Shown: in pieces, positions 19,142 to 27,103 of the stretch | Numbering within the stretch: the stretch's first letter is position 1 | Layout of the letters: each line of letters opens with the position of its first letter | From: a virus | Virus record (IMG/VR): IMGVR_UViG_3300046779_000879 | Span: 64,001 to 128,000 of that record | Strand: one strand, 5' to 3' | Length of the DNA stretch: 64,000 bases | The notes under the pieces: generated by a model | Databases searched by the model: none | The model's input: the letters and a program-made list of their open reading frames with translations, nothing else | What the model was told of the DNA's origin: nothing | Program-made: the position numbers and the translations under genes

Positions 19142-20928
19142 TACTTCATCGCTTTTCGTAGGTCATTATACAACGCATCTTTGTGTTCTGGTTTCATCTG
19201 TGAAGATAATGCAGCATGAAATTCTTTCTTCTTACCAGTGGATGCTAACTCTCTTAATTTAGTTCCAGAGATACCAGCTACACCTTTAGCATTCTCGTCA
19301 CGTTGACCAGATGAATGCATGGTGATTGATTTAAAGTTAAAGTGCCCATGAGAAGACTCTTTACCATTATACTTCTTGAGCATCTCAACCATACTCTCAC
19401 GATCTGAACCGCCAACAAAGTGTAGATGTTTAACACCTTTGTTGTATAGATCAACTGCATGGTGAAGGATTGTTGGTTTACTCTTGTCTGCTACTTCAAT
19501 GTTAGTTCCAGGGAATGCATTCTTAGCATGTTTTAACTTCTGCTCTGGACTTAGTGGATTCTTACCATCTTTAGTATTGTGTGAATGAGAAAGAATCAAT
19601 GTATGGTCACCACCAACTTCTTTGGCAGTTTTCTTTAATTGATTAACAACTTGTTCATGTCCAGCAGTTGGAGGATTCATACGACCAAATGCGATGGTAT
19701 GATGTTTCTCGTCTGGCTCTTTGGCTGGAGCACGTGACTTCAATAGATTCTGACGAGCAAATTCTGCACGATTGACCAACTTGGTTGGCTCAGTTGTACC
19801 TTTGTGAGTATGATTGTAAACAAAACCTTCTGGCTTAGAAGCAACACCACCGATGGCATGTTCATAAGATCCTTCGTTGGATTCTAGAGTCTTAACCAAT
19901 TCATTCTTAGCATTGGCTAAGTGACCATGCATCTTTAAAAGATTTTCGTAATGTTCAGCATTCTTTTGAATGTGTTTAACATGACCACTCAACTCAGCAA
20001 GTTTAGCGTTTTGAGACTTCTCAGTTTTAAGTTTACCAATAATCTTTTCGTATTTACCAGCGATGTGTTTTTGTAAACCTTCAGCGGATGGAGTGCTACC
20101 ATCACGAACTGTTTGATTAATGTATGTGCTCAAGTGTCCAGCTTCACCAGAGTGTTCTGGGTGGATGGCATTATACATTTTAGTACCATGCTTTTCGTGA
20201 ATTGTTTTTGCTTTGGATAGTTCTGAAAGAACTTTGTCTTGAGATTCTTGAGGATACTTTGCACCACTGGCATCGTAAGAAGCAGTGTGGTGAAATACGT
20301 GATCGTGTTTACCAAACTCATCATCACTAACATTGCCAGTGGCACGCATACTGCTGAGAGTATTACCTTCGTATTTGGTATGAGTAACTACACCCAACTT
20401 GGCTTTGTGAATTGCTGCAGCTTTGTCGCCATGTGCAGTATAAGTGATAGTGTTTGGAGTGAAGGAAGCAGATCCGCTTTTACCTTTCTTGACATCAGGT
20501 TTAGTAAACATCACGTCACCCTGATAAACACCCTTCTTTGGAGCAACTTTTGGTAAATGCTCAAGACCAGCTTTTAGTTTTTCTACAAGACCTGGAGCAT
20601 GTCCATGATTCTTTTCTACATCTTCAGGTGTGTAGTTTAATTTTGGATTCTTATTGAACGCAGACTTGGAAGCAACAAAGAACTTACCAGTCTCTGGATG
20701 ATGACCATAAACAATAGATGGCGAACCATCGTATTTCATCGTCAACTTGTTGGATTGCTTACCTTGTTTGGTATGGAAGTGTGCACCATGGAGGGCATCG
20801 TATGCATGATGGAAACCTTCTGCTCCGTGGAACAGAGGTCTGTCTTCTGCATGAGTAATGTGCTTGAGTTTAGCACCCTCTTCCTCTACACCTTCGATTA
20901 AAAAATCATTGAATCCTAACACTTTCAT
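19141..20928 (-). CDS. His-rich two-domain protein (N-terminal KYDG domain plus C-terminal cytidylyltransferase-like domain)
   Basis: TMKYDGSP..QGD..EGFV..KLVNR (ligase/capping-type nucleotidyltransferase-like motifs); FGRMNPPTAGH, GSDR, ISGTKLR. Confidence 0.7.
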   Translation of the reverse strand: MKVLGFNDFLIEGVEEEGAKLKHITHAEDRPLFHGAEGFHHAYDALHGAHFHTKQGKQSNKLTMKYDGSPSIVYGHHPETGKFFVASKSAFNKNPKLNYTPEDVEKNHGHAPGLVEKLKAGLEHLPKVAPKKGVYQGDVMFTKPDVKKGKSGSASFTPNTITYTAHGDKAAAIHKAKLGVVTHTKYEGNTLSSMRATGNVSDDEFGKHDHVFHHTASYDASGAKYPQESQDKVLSELSKAKTIHEKHGTKMYNAIHPEHSGEAGHLSTYINQTVRDGSTPSAEGLQKHIAGKYEKIIGKLKTEKSQNAKLAELSGHVKHIQKNAEHYENLLKMHGHLANAKNELVKTLESNEGSYEHAIGGVASKPEGFVYNHTHKGTTEPTKLVNRAEFARQNLLKSRAPAKEPDEKHHTIAFGRMNPPTAGHEQVVNQLKKTAKEVGGDHTLILSHSHNTKDGKNPLSPEQKLKHAKNAFPGTNIEVADKSKPTILHHAVDLYNKGVKHLHFVGGSDRESMVEMLKKYNGKESSHGHFNFKSITMHSSGQRDENAKGVAGISGTKLRELASTGKKKEFHAALSSQMKPEHKDALYNDLRKAMK

Positions 20929-20934
20929 ACCTTT

Positions 20935-20963
20935 ATTATACCCTAATTTGCAATATTTGTCAA
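20935..20963 (-). promoter_or_regulatory. consensus sigma70 promoter
   Basis: Perfect TTGACA-N17-TATAAT. Confidence 0.85.
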
Positions 20964-20970
20964 GCAATAA

Positions 20971-20987
20971 CCCTACAGACTTGAGGG
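20971..20987. repeat. CCCT-N9-AGGG palindromic box
   Basis: CCCTACAGACTTGAGGG, 7 bp from the -35 element. Confidence 0.65.
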
Positions 20988-20989
20988 GT

Positions 20990-22210
20990 TTATTTCAGCT
21001 TGAAAGAGCCAGCGATTCCCTTGTGAGCACCTGACGAGGACTTCAGAGTGTAGCGAGCCACAGTCATAGTCTTACCAGATTCTCTATGTTTACCTTTGAT
21101 TGTTAAAGTAGTTCCAGCTCCAGGAGCAACGTGTAATCCTTCAAACTTCGCTAAATGTTCATCTGCTAAAGTATGTGATGGTTTGATAATAGAATCTGCA
21201 GAACCATCGTTCTTAACTTTACTATGAGCAACATAGTGAGGGATATGAGTTGGAGGAGATACGTTTCCTCTAATAACATCTCTTAGTTTAGCATCATCAT
21301 GTTTTGATAACGCATTAGCAAAGTCAGCAGTAGCTGCAGTGCGTGCTGCAATATTAGATGAACGAGCCAGCTCTGCACGCTGTTTTGATTTTGCTAAAAA
21401 CTCTGCTTGTTTCTTCGCTGGTAAACTATCATGTGCTTTAACAAAAGCAGATAGTTGTGCATGCATAATTTTGTTTTTACCAGATAGTGTTTTACCTGAA
21501 GCCAAAGCACCTTCGTGTTTAGCGTGTTCTTCTCTGGCTTTATCAATACCCATCTCATCAATCTTGGTCTGCATATTTCTTTGATCAGCAGAACCATGAT
21601 GTCCCAAAGCATCCATATGTTCTTTATGGATGTCCATATGCTTCTGTAAAGTTCCAGGTGGTAGTCCAGCAGTTTTCTCTAAAGAATCAACTCCAGGATT
21701 ACGATAGTTTGGTTCTTGTGAACCATACTTGGCAGAGATACCAATATGTCCAACTGGTTTACCATCTTTATGTAATGTAGTAATTAAGTCAGCATTAGAG
21801 TTTACGTCTTTGACACCAACAGTTTTCTCGTGGTCACCAGCGACGTTAGGTTTATCTGCGTTAGATGTCCAATGAACATTACCAATTGTAATTCCGTTAC
21901 CTGTATGTCCATGTTGATCAAGTTGTTTCTTAATATGTTCAGCAGTTTGTTTAGCGTGATTATCAATCTCAGCGTATGCAGCTGGACCAATCTTTTGTTT
22001 CAAACGATCATGCACTTGCTCAGGAGTTCCTGCGTGGTCTTCGTTATCTGAAAATGAACGATGATGTTCTGGCAGAGTAGTTGCTGGGTGTAGATGTTTT
22101 GCTAAAAGCAACTCATGCATCTTACCTTTGTCATCTGCTTCCAGATCTGATGTTTCTGCTTTCTCTAGCAGTAAAGTTTCTTCTTTAAGAAATGATTTAA
22201 AATTTAACAT
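20990..22210 (-). CDS. capsid-targeted protein with probable PD-(D/E)xK-like fold
   Basis: MLNFKSFLKEE CTS-like start; GKMHE..NADLI..GISAK. Confidence 0.5.
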   Translation of the reverse strand: MLNFKSFLKEETLLLEKAETSDLEADDKGKMHELLLAKHLHPATTLPEHHRSFSDNEDHAGTPEQVHDRLKQKIGPAAYAEIDNHAKQTAEHIKKQLDQHGHTGNGITIGNVHWTSNADKPNVAGDHEKTVGVKDVNSNADLITTLHKDGKPVGHIGISAKYGSQEPNYRNPGVDSLEKTAGLPPGTLQKHMDIHKEHMDALGHHGSADQRNMQTKIDEMGIDKAREEHAKHEGALASGKTLSGKNKIMHAQLSAFVKAHDSLPAKKQAEFLAKSKQRAELARSSNIAARTAATADFANALSKHDDAKLRDVIRGNVSPPTHIPHYVAHSKVKNDGSADSIIKPSHTLADEHLAKFEGLHVAPGAGTTLTIKGKHRESGKTMTVARYTLKSSSGAHKGIAGSFKLK

Positions 22211-23016
22211 TACGCAAATGCCTCAATTAGTTGTTTGTTGTGAACAGTATTATAAAGATTCTCATTGATAGTAACATTAGAAGCACTAGTAACTGGTGCT
22301 ATGTTATAATGTGATTTAGTCATTTTACTAAACTCTAAAGTCATAACAAATTGATAATCTCCACCACCTTTATTTTGACAACGAACTCTAATTCTAGCAG
22401 AGGCAATGTCAGAAAAATCAGGAATTTTATCTTTGAGTTTAGTGTTTAACTTTAATGGATCTCTTTTATTTAATAGATAAAAACCATGGGTGCCAACATT
22501 AATATATGAACACTTTTTGGTATTATAGTAATCACAAATTGCTTTAGCTGGTATATTAATATGAACTTCATTCTCTCCGCTGAACTGTTTGATGTCCTCT
22601 TTATAGGCATCAACTTTTGTTTTACCACTTGGAATTATTTTCTTACCTGACTTATCATTTTGTAGAAATGGAACTTTACCTCGCCAGTTTCTACCAGCAG
22701 TTCCAGATACATTCATCTCGTTAAGTAGTTTGTATTTGTTACCTAAAGCAACTAGTAATTCTTTCTCTGGGTCACCTTTGGAATCTCCATATGCCCATTG
22801 ACCATCTGTATACTTTAGAACTAAAGAACCTGCTGCGGTGGGAGCAATTTTCATCTCACACCCCTCTCGATTGACTCCAGTTTTATCTCTTACTAATTTG
22901 ATCTCTAAATCTGGACGATCTGATGATGCGCCAGCATGCCCTATTCCCGCACTGATGCCATATTTCTTCAGTGCAGTCCATGCATTCGCTTCGTATTGAA
23001 AACCTTGTTGCGCCAT
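22210..23016 (-). CDS. putative PD-(D/E)xK nuclease
   Basis: GFQYE..RPDLEI..CEMK. Confidence 0.55.
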   Translation of the reverse strand: MAQQGFQYEANAWTALKKYGISAGIGHAGASSDRPDLEIKLVRDKTGVNREGCEMKIAPTAAGSLVLKYTDGQWAYGDSKGDPEKELLVALGNKYKLLNEMNVSGTAGRNWRGKVPFLQNDKSGKKIIPSGKTKVDAYKEDIKQFSGENEVHINIPAKAICDYYNTKKCSYINVGTHGFYLLNKRDPLKLNTKLKDKIPDFSDIASARIRVRCQNKGGGDYQFVMTLEFSKMTKSHYNIAPVTSASNVTINENLYNTVHNKQLIEAFA

Positions 23017-23045
23017 TTAATCCATTAATAAGAGATTGTAATCTC

Positions 23046-23762
23046 TTATTTAGGTCTTCTGGATGCCCTAATAGTTCTTTCGTATTTGCGTTCCCACTTA
23101 CCCACTTGCTGGATAATCTTTTGAATAGCGTGGTTATTACGATAATCGTAATTGAAAGCCTTGAGGATGTAATGGAAGGTATTTGAGTCTCGCTTCGTTT
23201 TGGATCTAGCGAGTAATTCTGACACTGGTACATTTGGTTTAAACATCTTATAGTCTAAAAATATACAATGTGCATATGCTTGAATCTCATCAAACTCTGA
23301 CAGATATCTTCTCTCTGCGTCTTTTTTGACTTGACCTATTTTTTTGTATGGAACAATGTAGTTGCTCCACTCATCATCACGTCTATCGTATTGCATAAAG
23401 TGGATTAATTCATGCATTTCTACTTGAATTAGTTTAAACTTAAACCTTTCCCATGAACGAGGGGTGAATGGGAAAGAGTCGTAGTGTTCAGTGTGAATTT
23501 GTAAAATACACTGTCGAGTTTCTGGATCGTACTCTCCACCTACAGCAACATGTGTCTCAAAGTACTTGGCTTTGGACTTTTCTTTGAACCAAACTACTTT
23601 AGTTCTCCACTTTCTAAAGTAGTTTGATAGACCTTTGGAATCGTTGCGATACTTGTCTAGGTCTACCCATATTTTCGCAGGGTTGAACTTAGCCCTAAAT
23701 GGACGCTCGTAAAAATTGAGCATTTCCATCCAGTCATAGTTTGATTGTTCTAGGAATTTCAT
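23046..23762 (-). CDS. putative zincin metallopeptidase
   Basis: MHELIHFMQ (HExxH) with downstream EIQAYA. Confidence 0.6.
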   Translation of the reverse strand: MKFLEQSNYDWMEMLNFYERPFRAKFNPAKIWVDLDKYRNDSKGLSNYFRKWRTKVVWFKEKSKAKYFETHVAVGGEYDPETRQCILQIHTEHYDSFPFTPRSWERFKFKLIQVEMHELIHFMQYDRRDDEWSNYIVPYKKIGQVKKDAERRYLSEFDEIQAYAHCIFLDYKMFKPNVPVSELLARSKTKRDSNTFHYILKAFNYDYRNNHAIQKIIQQVGKWERKYERTIRASRRPK

Positions 23763-23782
23763 AATCCTAGAAAGTCCTATCC

Positions 23783-24388
23783 TTACCCTAATTGACCCTC
23801 TAAAAAGGTTAGAACTTTCCCCTGCTCCTCTAAGTTAGTGTTTGCAAACTCAGTAATATAGGACATCAATTCGAAATTAGATAATAGATTACTATATTTA
23901 GTCTCTCGCCCTCTTAGGAATTGTTCAGATTGGTCTGAACCACGATCAATATAACGCTGTTCTAGGATCTCTTTAGGTGCTTTGAGATAGACAATCTGTA
24001 GGTCGGTATTCGGTAGACCCATACAGAACTCTAGGAATGACTGATTAAAAACTCGATCTCCTTCGAAAAGAATGTTACAGTTATGCGTCTGGATCCACTC
24101 TTGTAGGTTCGGCTGGACTGCCATCGAAAGGCGATCTGTTCCAGCGAATGTTTCGCCATCTTCATACTTACCTAGAATGTAAAGATCTCGCTCTGTATTA
24201 TATGAAGCTGAAACTAACTTGGCAGGTTCAGTGGCAATCCACTGCTTGTTTTCCATAAACTTACGGAACAACGTAGTCTTGCCAGTTCCAGGTGAACCAC
24301 CAACTGCGATAATCTTTCTAGTCTTCATAGGTTTAGTAATTTTCTGAACAGTAATGGTATCTAAAACACCAAGTTTTTCATTAAGCAT
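23783..24388 (-). CDS. P-loop nucleotide kinase, 5-hydroxymethyluracil-DNA kinase-like
   Basis: GGSPGTGKTT Walker A, LGKY..GTDRLS, FEGDR; gene context. Confidence 0.8.
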   Translation of the reverse strand: MLNEKLGVLDTITVQKITKPMKTRKIIAVGGSPGTGKTTLFRKFMENKQWIATEPAKLVSASYNTERDLYILGKYEDGETFAGTDRLSMAVQPNLQEWIQTHNCNILFEGDRVFNQSFLEFCMGLPNTDLQIVYLKAPKEILEQRYIDRGSDQSEQFLRGRETKYSNLLSNFELMSYITEFANTNLEEQGKVLTFLEGQLG

Positions 24389-24767
24389 GTTTCGCTTCCT
24401 CAAGTAATTTCTTTAGCTCATCTTCTGTAAATACCCATACACGACCAATAAAGTGATGTACGTCTGCATCGACATCTCGTTTCTTAGTGAAAGATGTTTT
24501 TTTAATTATCTCTCTTGCAAGATTGCGAGACAAGTTTTCTTTAATCTCATCTGCATATGTTGGAACAGTATCTTTAAGTTTCATCAACTCAAACTCTGTA
24601 ACTTTATGCTCAACAGTCAGAAGATTTAACTCATGTCGTTCCATCAAATCTTCTACAGCAGTTGGTGGTACAGATATCGTTCCATAAGTTGTAGCAGAGG
24701 TTTTGATAGATCCAACAGTCAGTGAATCAATAGGTGTAGTAATAGGTGTAGTAATAGTAGTAATCAT
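24381..24767 (-). CDS. hypothetical protein inside the modification operon
   Basis: Overlaps both neighbours. Confidence 0.6.
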   Translation of the reverse strand: MITTITTPITTPIDSLTVGSIKTSATTYGTISVPPTAVEDLMERHELNLLTVEHKVTEFELMKLKDTVPTYADEIKENLSRNLAREIIKKTSFTKKRDVDADVHHFIGRVWVFTEDELKKLLEEAKHA

Positions 24768-25783
24768 GCGAACATCTCCAATCCATTTAATATAGGTTCT
24801 TCATCATCGAACAGCCACTCTAGATTTTCTAGACGACCTGTTCTTACAAAACTTGAAAATCTTTCTTTATCAATACCACGTTTGTGGTCTAAACGCAAGT
24901 CAATTGTTTCTTCTCTAGCTTGCCATAAAACATTCCAGTCAATACCATACCATCCATCGGACTCAGCTTTGATAATTTCTTCTGCTTGTCTATCAAGATA
25001 GTATCCAAGATACCTTCCGTGATTCTCTCTAAAGATTTTCTTAAAAGAACACAGACAGGTTTCCATGGTAAAGTAATCTATACTCGATGAGAGTTCTGGA
25101 AATCTCGCTTTCGTCTCTGCAAGAATCTCTTTGGCTTGTGACTCAAGATTTCCATACTCTGATGCAGTGAGTTTTCTATCCACACTGTCTTCTTGTCCGA
25201 TGGCATAAAGTAATCCATTACGATGAGAGCGAGAGCCATCATAATCGTCCAGCATGAGAGAAGTAGGATTGATCCGAACACCAGCGGTATGCTTAAGATG
25301 CTGAAGATAAAACCAAGTACTGTAACGACCAAACTTATGCAAGCCAGACTTAACGCTTTGCCACAAGTTATCAAAGTTCGCTTCCTCATTGTGTCCATAG
25401 TAACTTTCCAATCTCTCTCGTTGTGTTCTTCCACCAATAAATTGTTGATAAGATGCGAACATGGCTGGAAGATGTCCCTTGTTCCATTTTGTGTCAGTCT
25501 GATAACGCAGACGTTTGTAGTTGGTTGTGTTCCACTGAGTGGTTCTGTCCACTGTGGCAAGTTCAAAGTCAGGAAACTCATTCATTAATACCCATGCAGT
25601 TGGGAGTTGATATGTGTTACCATATAACCAGCATAACCAAAGTTTCTGCTCATCATTATGTTCATATCGTTTGTTGAGATAGTTCGTACACCAAACTGCT
25701 GGATCGCAGTCATCATACTTTAATGACCACACATACCAACGAATGAACGCTTCCCTACGATTTTGTTCTAAGCGATAATCCAT
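24764..25783 (-). CDS. alpha-glutamyl/putrescinyl thymine pyrophosphorylase clade 2 (amino acid:DNA transferase)
   Basis: DCDP, FGRYSTWFYLQ HhH-like motif, ETCLCSFKK, GRYLGYYLDR. Confidence 0.8.
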   Translation of the reverse strand: MDYRLEQNRREAFIRWYVWSLKYDDCDPAVWCTNYLNKRYEHNDEQKLWLCWLYGNTYQLPTAWVLMNEFPDFELATVDRTTQWNTTNYKRLRYQTDTKWNKGHLPAMFASYQQFIGGRTQRERLESYYGHNEEANFDNLWQSVKSGLHKFGRYSTWFYLQHLKHTAGVRINPTSLMLDDYDGSRSHRNGLLYAIGQEDSVDRKLTASEYGNLESQAKEILAETKARFPELSSSIDYFTMETCLCSFKKIFRENHGRYLGYYLDRQAEEIIKAESDGWYGIDWNVLWQAREETIDLRLDHKRGIDKERFSSFVRTGRLENLEWLFDDEEPILNGLEMFA

Positions 25784-26424
25784 TATACTAAAAATTCTTC
25801 AAGCGAGGGTTGTTCCATTAATGCATCACGCAACCATGCTTTACCGACAGCGTCAATTGCTGCTTGCGTTTTTGCTTTCTTTTTGTCTCCCCACTTATAT
25901 GTTTCTAATGCTTCCGAACGGAATTGATCTCTTGCCTTATAAGGTGGCAGAGCCGAGATTGGATTTGCGATAGCAGCAGCTCTAAATGCGAGTTGCTCAT
26001 TACGAGTGGGGAATAGAGTTTGGTCAGAGCGGAGACTACCTGTGGGGTCAACTGCCCAGAAGATGAGACCATTTCTGTAATGCCAAGTGACTGAAGATGG
26101 CGTACAAGATATTTTAAGTCTTTTAGATTTTCGCTCTTCAACTGCATACCTAATCCAAGATTCCCAACATTTGCTGGCATATCCATTTCCCTCTTTCCCT
26201 TCCAACGTGACTATTTCATACAAATTGGCATATCCATCACGATTGTGTGTGGCAAAAATTAAAGAAACAACTTCTCCATTAACTTCATACGCAAGCGGAG
26301 GTGCTTTGTCATAGTTATGAAAGCGATACCACAATGAATGTGCAGCCGATAAGAACTTGGTGTTCTTACCAGCTGGACTAGTTTTAATTAACTCTTCAAC
26401 TCTCGTTGAATTAACAAAGTTCAT
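25783..26424 (-). CDS. GNAT acetyltransferase
   Basis: NLYEIVTLEGKEGNGYAS acetyl-CoA motif A; WHYRNGL. Confidence 0.75.
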   Translation of the reverse strand: MNFVNSTRVEELIKTSPAGKNTKFLSAAHSLWYRFHNYDKAPPLAYEVNGEVVSLIFATHNRDGYANLYEIVTLEGKEGNGYASKCWESWIRYAVEERKSKRLKISCTPSSVTWHYRNGLIFWAVDPTGSLRSDQTLFPTRNEQLAFRAAAIANPISALPPYKARDQFRSEALETYKWGDKKKAKTQAAIDAVGKAWLRDALMEQPSLEEFLV

Positions 26425-27103
26425 ATTGTAAGTCCACCGCATCTTCAATGACTTCTTTTTCAATAGTCATTGCGAGTTGGTCATCAAATGTAATGTAATG
26501 ATTCATCAAAGTATGAATCGGCAATCCTGGAACTTCTGCTCGTTTTGGAACATCAGCAGTAGAAGTAATTATACAACCATTTGAGATATTTGTCAAGTAT
26601 AATGGACGCTTACCATTGCGATAGAATCTAATAACTTTATCAACATGCAACTCAATTACTGCAAGACTAGAATCTTTCCAACGAACCAATGGACTAATAC
26701 AATCTTCTGCCGTATGCAAAATCAATTCAGTATCGTTTTTAGTTTCGCAATCATATCCATAGAGTTCTTTCCATTTCTCAGGCAACTCTTGAGTAATAAC
26801 TCCATTGTGGACTACCGAAAGATTCTCATTGGCGATGGGTTGATTGAATTCTAAGTCACTGGTACTATAGCGACAGTGACCAATTAGATAAAGACTACCA
26901 TCTTCATTGACATAACTCGGAAAGTTAAATGGAAATTGATCGGCAGGTACTGGTCGCTTCTCAGTGATAATCTTTCCATGTTTAACATAGGAGATTCCAG
27001 TGGCATGCATCCCTCGAATCTTAGACTCAAGGAACACACGATGAAGCATTAAGAAATCCTCGGCACGAGGTTCTTTAATAATTGCTCCAATGACTGAACA
27101 CAT
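26411..27103 (-). CDS. stand-alone class II glutamine amidotransferase / Ntn hydrolase
   Basis: N-terminal MC, RGMHATG, GHCRYST, NQP, HNGVI, NDTE. Confidence 0.88.
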   Translation of the reverse strand: MCSVIGAIIKEPRAEDFLMLHRVFLESKIRGMHATGISYVKHGKIITEKRPVPADQFPFNFPSYVNEDGSLYLIGHCRYSTSDLEFNQPIANENLSVVHNGVITQELPEKWKELYGYDCETKNDTELILHTAEDCISPLVRWKDSSLAVIELHVDKVIRFYRNGKRPLYLTNISNGCIITSTADVPKRAEVPGLPIHTLMNHYITFDDQLAMTIEKEVIEDAVDLQYELC

